A stretch of DNA of 44,713 bases from a virus. Taxonomy: Duplodnaviria > Caudoviricetes. The stretch covers positions 1 through 44,713 of IMG/VR virus record IMGVR_UViG_3300032305_001986, one strand, 5' to 3'. The notes below the pieces were generated by a model. The model made no database searches. It had not been told where the DNA came from and saw only the letters and a list, made by a program, of their open reading frames with translations. This document shows positions 36,035-44,673 of this stretch, piece after piece. Position 1 is the stretch's first letter. Every line of letters starts with the position of its first letter. The position numbers were made by a program, and so were the translations under genes.

Positions 36035-36251
36035 CCCCACCGCCGCCGAGCGCGCTCGTCGCTACCGCGAGCGCCAGGCTGGGCGGCTGCCACCAGCGCA
36101 GCGGCCAACCTGTCAGGCCTGCGGGATCCTGCACACCGGAGCGCGGGGGGTGTTGTGCTCCAGGTGCTGGACACGACTGACGCCAGAGGGCAGGGCCGAT
36201 CGGGCTGAGCGGGTGCGGCGTGCGCAAAAGCGAAAGCGTGACAGATTGTGA
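36027..36251 (+). CDS. small basic zinc-finger protein, putative DNA-binding
   Basis: MPDPTAAERARRYRERQ...CQAC...CSRC...RAERVRRAQKRKR. Confidence 0.7.
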   Translation: MPDPTAAERARRYRERQAGRLPPAQRPTCQACGILHTGARGVLCSRCWTRLTPEGRADRAERVRRAQKRKRDRL

Positions 36252-36345
36252 ACTGGTCTGGTGTGGGGGTGGCATGGCGTAACGGGTGTGTTAAAGTAAG
36301 TACATCGGAGCCGAGAGGTTCCACCGCCACTCGCCAGCCGTGACC
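36251..36345 (+). repeat. 95-bp direct repeat, copy 2 (promoter/leader unit)
   Basis: Identical to 35362-35456. Confidence 0.95.
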
Positions 36346-36642
36346 ACCCTCCTGACCGCTGAGGAAGTCCTGACCATCGCTGAGCAGGAAGCCGATCGGG
36401 CCAGCACCGCGTATATGCGCAAGCACGCTGCCGTTATCGGTGCTATCTACATCAGCGATCTAGCTGATTTCCGCCAAATGGTTCGCTACGCCGCAACCGG
36501 CGAGGTGCTCCACGTTGCTGGCTGCATGGCTCAAACAGATCACTACGTTTGCGCTGGTGAGCTCAGCGACGGCACACGCCTTTACGAGGCACACGTTCAT
36601 CCCGGCGTCGATGCCGAAGAATGGGCACTGATCGTTGACTGA
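36340..36642 (+). CDS. hypothetical acidic protein
   Basis: 100 aa, starting at the GTG inside repeat copy 2 and followed by a terminator. Confidence 0.7.
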   Translation: MTTLLTAEEVLTIAEQEADRASTAYMRKHAAVIGAIYISDLADFRQMVRYAATGEVLHVAGCMAQTDHYVCAGELSDGTRLYEAHVHPGVDAEEWALIVD

Positions 36643-36650
36643 CCCACCCC

Positions 36651-36673
36651 GCCCCTCATCCGAGGGGCTTTTT
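36651..36673 (+). terminator. intrinsic terminator
   Basis: GCCCCTC-ATCC-GAGGGGC followed by TTTTT. Confidence 0.85.
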
Positions 36674-36695
36674 CATGCCCCGGCCCAAACACCGC

Positions 36696-36729
36696 GAAGC
36701 CCTCAGGGATTGCAGTCCCTGAGGGCTTC
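36696..36729. terminator. perfect 14-bp hairpin between convergent genes, probable second terminator
   Basis: GAAGCCCTCAGGGA-TTGCAG-TCCCTGAGGGCTTC. Confidence 0.6.
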
Positions 36730-36795
36730 TTGATGCGGCGGTTCTACCGGAACCTTCCCCCCAATCATACCCATGCGCCGCCTTCCTGTCCACCC

Positions 36796-37404
36796 CTACG
36801 CCGCCTCAAACCGCAACCCCAGTACCGTCACCGGGCGGCGCTCGCGCATGGCCAGGGTGATCGTGTGCGGCGCCACGTGCAGCTCGCGGCTGGCTGACAC
36901 GGCGTTGCTCCACACTTGGCCTGTCTCTACGCAGCGTAAACTCCAATCGCCGAAATGGCGCGGGAACCTTGCTGCTACGGACTCAGCCAGCTCGCGGTCT
37001 TCTAGCAGCTGGAACAGTCGATCAGCAGGAAAACCGCCAAGCACTTCAGGCCGATCCTTGGCCAGCCGGCGCCACGCTTTTCGACTGACGTAGTAAGCGT
37101 TGCCCATAAACGTTGGCTGAAGAATGGTTGAATTGCGCTTGCCCCAAAACCACATCCGCACCCTGTTACCAGGGCATCCCAGGATCTCGCCTACTGCTCC
37201 GGTGGTTAGCCATTGGCCGTGGCGCACTTTTGATTGATAGCCAAGCCGCCACAGGCGCATACGGATAGAACCCTTTGACCGCATAGGCCAGCCTTCCTGG
37301 CCAGCCTTGCGGTGACAACGGTTAACCACCTCCTGTAATGGGTAATCGCCGGCTATGGCCTCCAGGAACTCGATCTCGGGGCGGGTCCAGCGTGGGGGTG
37401 TCAC
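36796..37404 (-). CDS. multi-HTH DNA-binding protein with NUMOD1-like C-terminus
   Basis: WTRPEIEFL, WLTTGAVGEILG and LRCVETGQVWSNAVSASRELHV motifs. Confidence 0.65.
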   Translation of the reverse strand: MTPPRWTRPEIEFLEAIAGDYPLQEVVNRCHRKAGQEGWPMRSKGSIRMRLWRLGYQSKVRHGQWLTTGAVGEILGCPGNRVRMWFWGKRNSTILQPTFMGNAYYVSRKAWRRLAKDRPEVLGGFPADRLFQLLEDRELAESVAARFPRHFGDWSLRCVETGQVWSNAVSASRELHVAPHTITLAMRERRPVTVLGLRFEAA

Positions 37405-38795
37405 GCCACCCTCCCCCACTGACCCTTTGCCTGGCGGGCGGCTAGGACGTGGCGGGCCCAGCCGTGGGGGTTCTTCATCTTGCGGCGCTTGCCTACCTCG
37501 ATTAGCTGTTCGAGGGTTTGGGCGGTGGATTGCTCGCGCCTCGCCTGCCGCCTCAGCTCCGTGGCATCCACCTCTTCAAGCTCCCCATCCACGTGCTCCA
37601 GTTCGCGGCGTTCAATCGTGAACACGTGGCCGCACTCGGGGCATTCGCCGCGACGGCTTTCCATGCTGGCGAAACACGATGGGCACACCTTCACGCTCGG
37701 CGCCCTCTCGCCGTCCTTTCGCTTTGCCTTGCCTTCCAGCGACCATTCGTGATCGATCAGCGGGCTGCCAAGTCGCTGGGGATCTGAGTTCCCGACGTGA
37801 TCAACGATGATCAGATCCCGCTTGCCCGGCGCAATCCTGAGCCCGCGGCCATTGCCCTGCAGCCATGCCGTCAAGCTCATGGTGGGCCGCAGCCACACCA
37901 CCGCGTCGATCTCGGGCACGTCCACCCCGGCGATCCACAGCTGAGCGCAGGCCACCAGATCTAGCCGGCCGGCCCTGAGCCCAGCAATGGCCTCTCGGCG
38001 CTCAGCGTCATCGCTGCCGCCAGATACGGCCATCGCCCGGTAGCCGGCACGCTGCCACTGTTCGGCGACGGCGTGCGCGTGGGCCACGGTGGTGCAGAAC
38101 GCCACGCCACGCCGGCCATGGCAGAGCTTCCGCCAGTGGCTCAGGGCATCGCCAACCACGGCGGGCCTGATCATGACCGCGCCGGCTGCCCCTTGGTTGT
38201 AGTCGCCACCACGGCGACCAACTCCGCTTAGGTCCGGCGGTGGTGGGCGGAACAACCGGATCGGGGCCAGCAGTCCTTCATCGATTAGGTCGGCGGTGGA
38301 ACAGGTTTCCACGATGCAGTCGAACACCTCACCCAGCCCGCGACCGTCTAGCCGTTGGGGGGTGCCTGTGAGACCCAGCAGCAGGGGGTGATCGGCGGCG
38401 GCGAGAACCTTGCGGTAGGTGTTCGCTACGGCCAGGTGGCATTCGTCCACGATGATCAGATCAGGCCGGGGCAACGTGGCGCGGCGAACTGCGGTCTGAA
38501 CGCCCACCACTTGCACCAGCTGGCTGTAGTCGGAGGATCGACTGGCGCGGATCTGACCGAACGGGATAGCGGCCTGCTGCAGCCGCTCGGCAGTGTCGTC
38601 GAGGATCTCGCGCAGGTGCGCCAAGAACCACACGAGCCGGCCACGGCCGATCGTCAGCCGCACGATTTCGGTAGCCGTGGCCGTCTTCCCGAACCCGGTC
38701 GCGGCTCTCAGGATCGGCGCTCTGTATCCAGAGGCGTAGGCCTGGCGGAGATCCACGACGGCCTGGGATTGGCGGGGGCGGAGGGTGATGGTCAC
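37401..38795 (-). CDS. SF2 (DExH) helicase with C-terminal zinc ribbon
   Basis: LRPRQ, ATGFGKT, VDECH, GLTGTP, GVDVP, QGNGRGLR and CPSC...CPEC. Confidence 0.95.
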   Translation of the reverse strand: MTITLRPRQSQAVVDLRQAYASGYRAPILRAATGFGKTATATEIVRLTIGRGRLVWFLAHLREILDDTAERLQQAAIPFGQIRASRSSDYSQLVQVVGVQTAVRRATLPRPDLIIVDECHLAVANTYRKVLAAADHPLLLGLTGTPQRLDGRGLGEVFDCIVETCSTADLIDEGLLAPIRLFRPPPPDLSGVGRRGGDYNQGAAGAVMIRPAVVGDALSHWRKLCHGRRGVAFCTTVAHAHAVAEQWQRAGYRAMAVSGGSDDAERREAIAGLRAGRLDLVACAQLWIAGVDVPEIDAVVWLRPTMSLTAWLQGNGRGLRIAPGKRDLIIVDHVGNSDPQRLGSPLIDHEWSLEGKAKRKDGERAPSVKVCPSCFASMESRRGECPECGHVFTIERRELEHVDGELEEVDATELRRQARREQSTAQTLEQLIEVGKRRKMKNPHGWARHVLAARQAKGQWGRVA

Positions 38796-38828
38796 GCGGC
38801 CGGCTGGCCTCCGGGTGGTGATCTGGAG

Positions 38829-38858
38829 ATCCTACCGTTTAGAATGCGGATCTGCACC
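38829..38858 (-). promoter_or_regulatory. putative early/middle promoter with 17-bp box
   Basis: Minus strand reads GGTGCAGATCCGCATTC-TAAACGG-TAGGAT. Confidence 0.65.
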
Positions 38859-38891
38859 CCCTATACTGCAGATTCACACCCTTACGACCCC

Positions 38892-39071
38892 ATGCCCACT
38901 TGGCCCACTAAGGAAGGACGGACCACCATCACCCTCGAACTCAGGACCGAGCTGGTCGAGCACCTCGACGCCCAGGCCGAGTACCTGGGCCAGAGCAGAG
39001 CCGCGTACATGCGCGGCCTGGTGATGCAGGATATGGGGCGGCAGGGGCCTGGTAAGGCGAAAAAGGCCTAA
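38892..39071 (+). CDS. ribbon-helix-helix (CopG/Arc-like) regulator, 59 aa
   Basis: TTITLELRTELVEHLDAQAEYLGQSRAAYMRGLV; ATG 38892 follows TATACT at 38862. Confidence 0.8.
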   Translation: MPTWPTKEGRTTITLELRTELVEHLDAQAEYLGQSRAAYMRGLVMQDMGRQGPGKAKKA

Positions 39072-39074
39072 CCC

Positions 39075-40547
39075 ATGCCAAGCGCTCTTAGTGTCCAGCT
39101 CCCCCTGACAACAGATCAGGAGGAGGCGATAAAGGCTGCTCTGCAAACAGCAGAGAACGCAGGCCACATGTCTCTGATTGGCCCTGCCGGATGTGGCAAG
39201 ACCACGACGATCAGAGCGATTGCACACGAGATGCACTCCAGGTTCAAATGGAAAAAAGTTTTACTTCTTGCACCAACGCATAAGGCACGACAACAATTTG
39301 CGGCAGACTCCCTGCCCCGTGGAGTTGTTCGTCAGACAATTCATCGGTTTATCGGCGTTAGTCCTACTACTTGGCGAGACGAAGACAAGTTCAACCTCAG
39401 TAACTCAGGAGACCTTAAGCGTGTTGAATACACACGCTCCCAATACTCCTTGGTGATCGTTGATGAGTCTTCAATGGTTTGCAAGGAGTATGCCAAAAAA
39501 GCCCTTGATATTTGCTTTAATGCAGAAGTCGGGATCATTTTTTCCGGTGATCCATATCAGCTTCCGCCAATCTCTAACGGTGGACAGCCTGATGATGAGA
39601 CCGACGGGCCAGACGTTGAAGCCACTGAAAGCACTCTTGCTCCGCAGTTTATAGACGCGCCGTTCAAGGTCATCCTTAACAAGGTGCTTAGGCACGGCGG
39701 CGCCATTCTTCAGTATGCAACGTATATACGCCAGAACTGGGAGATAGAGCATTCTTTCCCCCGTCAAAGCGTTAAAGACTCGGAATCAGAGATCAGGGTT
39801 TCTGGCGATCCGATGGGAGAGTTTATTAGCGCATACAAAAACCTCTATGGCCAGTTTGAGGATGGCGAGATTGACTGCAGCGAAGTTTACATGCAGTCGC
39901 CTCGCGCTCTTTGTTTTACTAATCAATCAGTTCACCGATTTACAAACAAGCTCCGCCGTGATTCACTGGGCGAAAAGGCTGGCTCCCAATGGGTTCCGGC
40001 GGAAATTGTCATGGTCAAGAGCTATTGCGCTGGCGCAATCCCTCGCCCTATCCCCTCAGCAACAGACGCCATTGTCATCGCTTCGGAAATCGTAGATGTT
40101 AATCGCTCTTTTGATTTGCAGTGGACTACGCCTAAGCGGCAACTTGAGCGCTCTGATTGCCTTAACTATCGAGGCAAGGCGCAGATCCTTTCTTTGCATC
40201 TCATAAGGCCAAATGGAATCATTGATAAGTCCGTCATCTATAAAGTAGGTACAACGCTACTTGACGATAAAGAGTCTGGTGAACTCTATAAGTCTCTTAG
40301 AAACAAGATCGCTTCATGTGGGCTAATACATGATCACAAAGCCTGGAAGTGGCTTAAAGATATTAAGGAGCAATTTAGGAACCCTATTACTTCGGCTTTC
40401 GTGATGACAGTCCATAAGTCACAAGGCTCTACGTTTAGGGATGTATATGTGTGCAGCGACATTTTAAGGGCCGATAAAGATCGCAACTCAATGCTCTATG
40501 TCGCCGCAACCAGGGCGAGCCGTTCTATTACATTCGCTCGCCAATGA
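39075..40547 (+). CDS. SF1B helicase (Dda/RecD-like)
   Basis: LTTDQ, GPAGCGKTT, LAPTHKA, IVDESSMV, GDPYQLPPI, MTVHKSQGSTF and LYVAATRA. Confidence 0.93.
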   Translation: MPSALSVQLPLTTDQEEAIKAALQTAENAGHMSLIGPAGCGKTTTIRAIAHEMHSRFKWKKVLLLAPTHKARQQFAADSLPRGVVRQTIHRFIGVSPTTWRDEDKFNLSNSGDLKRVEYTRSQYSLVIVDESSMVCKEYAKKALDICFNAEVGIIFSGDPYQLPPISNGGQPDDETDGPDVEATESTLAPQFIDAPFKVILNKVLRHGGAILQYATYIRQNWEIEHSFPRQSVKDSESEIRVSGDPMGEFISAYKNLYGQFEDGEIDCSEVYMQSPRALCFTNQSVHRFTNKLRRDSLGEKAGSQWVPAEIVMVKSYCAGAIPRPIPSATDAIVIASEIVDVNRSFDLQWTTPKRQLERSDCLNYRGKAQILSLHLIRPNGIIDKSVIYKVGTTLLDDKESGELYKSLRNKIASCGLIHDHKAWKWLKDIKEQFRNPITSAFVMTVHKSQGSTFRDVYVCSDILRADKDRNSMLYVAATRASRSITFARQ

Positions 40548-43162
40548 GCCTACCCGACCGCTACAGCACCGACCAATGGTGGCGGGTGTTTGCAGAACTG
40601 CTCAAGCAGCCTGAATCTCTGTTTATTAACCAGTACCAGGATTGCCCGTTATGCGGTAGCGCCAATGATTTTAAGGGTCAGGAGATGGACCCTGGTTTTC
40701 ACATGGTCTGCAACAACTGCGGCGGCATGGATGGCAAGGGTGGCATACTTACTCATTTTGGTTTTACAGAGCGTATTCTTAAGGTTGATCGTGCTACGGC
40801 TAAAGATCGTGTTGCAAGTTTCCTTGGTCTTTCTCAGCCCAAGCCGCCAGCGGCAGCCGATCAATCTAAGCCAATGGCGACGCTCCTAGACCAGCTCCAG
40901 GAGCTGCCTGGCTCTTGGGGCCTCGTTGCCGTGGACGGCAATAAGCGGCCCTACCAGCCTCAGTGGCAGGCCAACCCGCTCACCAAGGAGCAGGCCGCGG
41001 CCGAGATCATCGCCGGTAGAGCCAAGGCCATCGGCGTGATCGCCGGTCCGCCATCTGGCGGCCTGCTTTTCCTGGACCACGACGGCATCAGCGCCACCGA
41101 GAAACTTACTGAGCTCGGCCTGCCGCCGCACACCCTGCCGTCCACGGCCATGTGCACTTCCGGCCGTGATGGCCGGCTGCAGGCGCTATTCACCATCCCT
41201 GAGAACTATTGGCCGCACCTGCGCAACCGCCGGGTGTTTGACACCGGCAAGGTGGATGCGGACGGTAAGGCCGAAAATCTCGACCTTCGCTGGAACCGAC
41301 ACCAGTCCGTAGTGATCGGCGCTCACCCCATCACCGGGCATTACCGCTGGATCAAGGGCCGCTCACCCGCCCAGGTTGGCGTCGCGGAAGCACCCGAGGC
41401 GCTGATTGAGCTGCTGCTGAATGAGCCTGAACCCCCGCCGTCTCCGCTGCTAGCCGCTGCTACTGCCCTACTGCCAGCAACCCTGCCGCTCCTGGAGTTC
41501 GTCACTAAGGACAGCAGGGAACTGATCGAAACCGGCGGCACGCCTGGTCAGTGGAATGACGATCAGCTAAAGCTGGCCCTTGACCTACAAGGCACTGAGG
41601 AATGGATCCTCGCCCAGGGGCATCGCCCCGACATCACGGCGGCCGCGGCCTTTGAGCAACACATCTCAGCAGCTCAGGCCAAGGCCAGGGACTTCGACGC
41701 TCGCAAGGCCCGCAAGCGATTCGAGGGGGCGGCAGCGCACAACCCACACCCAGGGACCCCTTTTGACAAGCTGGAATCAAGGCTCAGGTTTCACACCCGC
41801 GCCGCAAGGCCGGCGCTGCCGCCTAGGCCGTCTGCCCCTGCTCCCTCGGCTAGCGCCAGGACAATCGGCGAACTGGAGTCAGAGCTAAAGGAAGCGCGAT
41901 CGACGCTCAAGGGCCTGCAGCCGAACTCCCCAGATTTCGATGCCACAAAGGCCAACATCAAAAGCCTGGCCAAACAGGTTTCCGATCTCAACAAAGAAAT
42001 TTCGTCATCACGCGGCAAGCTGCTGCCCGTAGACGCTGCCGAACTATTGGCCCTGCTGCGGGCACAGGCTGGGGGGGATCGCATCAGGTTTAACAGCTTC
42101 AGCCAGCAGATTGAGATGGACGGCGTTGTGCTACAAGGCGCTGAGCGGTTCTACCTCTCCCTCGCTGAGCGGGGCTACAAAGTTTCTAAGGAACTCGCCG
42201 TGGATTGCCTGGTCCAGGTGGCGCATGAACACTCCTACGATCCTGTCGCGTTATATCTGGAGCACGTCGCAGCCACGGTGCAGCCTGCCTACATCGACGG
42301 ATTGGCGACCGCCTACCTACGGCCGGAGGATGCCGCCATCGGCCAGGCCACCATCTACGACCACATGATTCGCTGTACCCTGATCGGTGCGGTGCGCAGG
42401 GCCCTGGAGCCCGGCTGCAAGCACGACACCGCCTGTGTGCTCATGGGCGAGCAGGGGGCGCGTAAATCATCCTTCTGGTCTGCCTTGGGCGGTCCGTTTT
42501 TTTCTGACGCCCTCGGGGACATCTCCAGCAAGGACGATCTGATGGTGCTCCATCGTTCGTGGGTGATGGAGTGGGCCGAGCTCGACCACATCATGGGCCG
42601 CAAGCACGCCGGCCAGGTCAAGGCTTTTCTGAGCCAGTCGACGGACTTGTTCAGAGTGCCCTACGGCAAGGCCACCGAGAGCTTCCCTAGGCGGGGAATC
42701 ATCGTGGGCAGCACGAACCGTTCCACCGGGTTCCTGGTGGATGACACAGGGAATCGGAGATTCTGGGTAATACCAACCACCCGCACTGAGGGCGACCCGA
42801 TTGACACGCCCACCCTGATGGCTGAACGGGACGCGATATGGTCCGCCGCTGTTCACGCCTACCGTGCTGGTGAGGTGAACTACCTGCCGCCTGAGCTGGC
42901 CACGATCGTCAGCCGGGAGAACGAGTCCTACCAAGTGGAGAACCCATGGAAGGCGCCAATCGCCGACTGGCTCAATGAGCCCCGCAACCATGGAGTTGAG
43001 CTGACCTCCGAAAAGATCCTGGGCAAGGCCATCGCCAAACCCATCGAACGGCAAACCCGCGCCGATCAGATGCAGGTGGCGGCGATCATGCGCGAGCTCG
43101 GTTTCAGCAAGGCGCGGCGGATGGCGGCCGGCGCTCAGCGCTGGGTGTTCGTGAAGGGCTGA
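40544..43162 (+). CDS. primase-helicase: zinc-binding domain + Prim-Pol + VapE (VirE) ATPase
   Basis: CPLCG...CNNCG; GVIAGPPSGGLLFLDHDG and VVIGAHP (Prim-Pol); GEQGARKSS, EWAELD and DDTGNRRFW (VapE). Confidence 0.9.
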   Translation: MSLPDRYSTDQWWRVFAELLKQPESLFINQYQDCPLCGSANDFKGQEMDPGFHMVCNNCGGMDGKGGILTHFGFTERILKVDRATAKDRVASFLGLSQPKPPAAADQSKPMATLLDQLQELPGSWGLVAVDGNKRPYQPQWQANPLTKEQAAAEIIAGRAKAIGVIAGPPSGGLLFLDHDGISATEKLTELGLPPHTLPSTAMCTSGRDGRLQALFTIPENYWPHLRNRRVFDTGKVDADGKAENLDLRWNRHQSVVIGAHPITGHYRWIKGRSPAQVGVAEAPEALIELLLNEPEPPPSPLLAAATALLPATLPLLEFVTKDSRELIETGGTPGQWNDDQLKLALDLQGTEEWILAQGHRPDITAAAAFEQHISAAQAKARDFDARKARKRFEGAAAHNPHPGTPFDKLESRLRFHTRAARPALPPRPSAPAPSASARTIGELESELKEARSTLKGLQPNSPDFDATKANIKSLAKQVSDLNKEISSSRGKLLPVDAAELLALLRAQAGGDRIRFNSFSQQIEMDGVVLQGAERFYLSLAERGYKVSKELAVDCLVQVAHEHSYDPVALYLEHVAATVQPAYIDGLATAYLRPEDAAIGQATIYDHMIRCTLIGAVRRALEPGCKHDTACVLMGEQGARKSSFWSALGGPFFSDALGDISSKDDLMVLHRSWVMEWAELDHIMGRKHAGQVKAFLSQSTDLFRVPYGKATESFPRRGIIVGSTNRSTGFLVDDTGNRRFWVIPTTRTEGDPIDTPTLMAERDAIWSAAVHAYRAGEVNYLPPELATIVSRENESYQVENPWKAPIADWLNEPRNHGVELTSEKILGKAIAKPIERQTRADQMQVAAIMRELGFSKARRMAAGAQRWVFVKG

Positions 43163-43167
43163 GAGGC

Positions 43168-43438
43168 TTGCCAACCTGCGGGCTGAGGTTGGCAAATGCC
43201 GGCCCCCTTTTTTGTGGCTCATTATGAGTCTGGTATGACACGGCGCGACTTGCTAACCACGCTGAACCAGGTTAGCAAGCCCAAATCCCTTGCAGCACGG
43301 GCGATCTTCTATCCTTGCTAACCTTCTAACCTTTTAGAAAGACTTGTAAAAAAAGAGAGGGGAGAGGGGGTAGGAGGCAGCGAAAGGGGTGTTTCCTGCC
43401 TCCTAAGAACTTGGTTGGCAAGGTTGGCAGGTTGGCAA
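43168..43438. repeat. cluster of TTGCYAACC / GGTTRGCAA repeats, candidate replication origin
   Basis: Copies at 43168, 43187 (inverted), 43250, 43270 (inverted), 43315 and three tandem inverted copies at 43413-43438, around an A/purine-rich core. Confidence 0.7.
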
Positions 43439-43559
43439 CGGCTCCAGGGCTGCACAACCGGTTTCGCAGCAGTAGCGTCCAGCCACGGGGGCGGCTCCAC
43501 CTGCTGCCCGCCTAACCCCCATACCCTGCCAATGGGCATGGCGCCCGAGTGGTCCTCAC

Positions 43560-43584
43560 CCCCGCCCTAGCCGGCGGGGTTTTT
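43560..43584 (+). terminator. intrinsic terminator
   Basis: CCCCGCC-CTAGCC-GGCGGGG followed by TTTTT. Confidence 0.8.
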
Positions 43585-43622
43585 CATGCGCACCACAGAC
43601 TGAGGCAACTGCCGACCACCTG

Positions 43623-43853
43623 GTGAAACGTGCCGCCTCGCCGTCCCACCTGATCAGCCGCGACGTGCATTGGCTCGCCTGGTGGCAGGAGCTGATCCTG
43701 AACTGGGTCAGCAGCTGGGACACGGTGGGCTGCCTCACCGTCACCAGCGCCGCAGACCCTGATGAGTGGACCGCATGGGATCTGCCCACTGATCTGGACC
43801 TGCAGCGGATGGAGCTGGAGGAACTACTAGAGGCGACGGTGGGGGAGGGGTGA
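43623..43853 (+). CDS. hypothetical Trp-rich acidic protein
   Basis: 76 aa, preceded by the late motif at 43596 and coupled to the next gene. Confidence 0.65.
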   Translation: MKRAASPSHLISRDVHWLAWWQELILNWVSSWDTVGCLTVTSAADPDEWTAWDLPTDLDLQRMELEELLEATVGEG

Positions 43854-44578
43854 TGTTGGAGCTCAACCTGACCATCGATACCGGGGCAATTGATCGGTTC
43901 GTGTTGCTGACTGAGAAGAACCTCAGATACGCCACAGGCCGCGCCATGGCGGCCACCGTCATGGATACCCGCAAGTGGCTCAAGGATGACTTGAAGTCTC
44001 AGCGCCGTATTCAAGGCGGCGCTACAGCGTGGACCTACAACGCCGCGTACTACGAGCGGCCATCACCTACCAACCTCACCGCTGTAGTGGGTTTACGCAC
44101 CGATGCACCACACGCCGCCGGCCGCTACATCAGCGTGCTGACCAGGGGCGGCCCGCCACGCACCAAAGGCGCCGACCTTGCCGCATCCGCTCTGGTTGGG
44201 CGCAGGGTCACGATGGTGCCCACTCGGGCGCAGCGGAAGGACAGCAAGGGCAACGTCACCCGCGCCGCCTACACCAAGGCGCTCACGGGCTGGTCATCCG
44301 TCAGGAAGACAGGAACGATGGTCAACCGTGCCAGCCGGATGTTCATCACACCGATCAAGGGCGTCGAGGGCCGCCTTGGCATCTGGCAGCGGACCGGGCC
44401 AGGCAGTTACGAGTCGTTCCGCGGAGCGCAGATGAAGTGGACGCTTGAGCCCCAGCCCAAGCGTCAAGCCAGCACGTACGACCTCAAGGGCGACCTGCAG
44501 AAGCAGGTGCAGGTGTATTGGCCTGGAGAAATTGAGCAACAGCTAAGGGCGGAGCTGGCACGGGCAGGCTTCCGCTGA
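43850..44578 (+). CDS. basic phage morphogenesis protein (tail completion/gpZ-like)
   Basis: 242 aa, NLRYATGRAMAAT...ATAWTYNAAYYE...YISVLTRGGPPRTKG...DSKGNV; last gene before the cos-like end. Confidence 0.55.
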   Translation: MMLELNLTIDTGAIDRFVLLTEKNLRYATGRAMAATVMDTRKWLKDDLKSQRRIQGGATAWTYNAAYYERPSPTNLTAVVGLRTDAPHAAGRYISVLTRGGPPRTKGADLAASALVGRRVTMVPTRAQRKDSKGNVTRAAYTKALTGWSSVRKTGTMVNRASRMFITPIKGVEGRLGIWQRTGPGSYESFRGAQMKWTLEPQPKRQASTYDLKGDLQKQVQVYWPGEIEQQLRAELARAGFR

Positions 44579-44673
44579 GATGGCAGGCCAGCACTGGGAT
44601 TCTCAATAAGGCAGGCCAGTTATTGATTCTCAACGCCGCCTAATATTGAGAACCCTTGCACTGCAATGGATCT

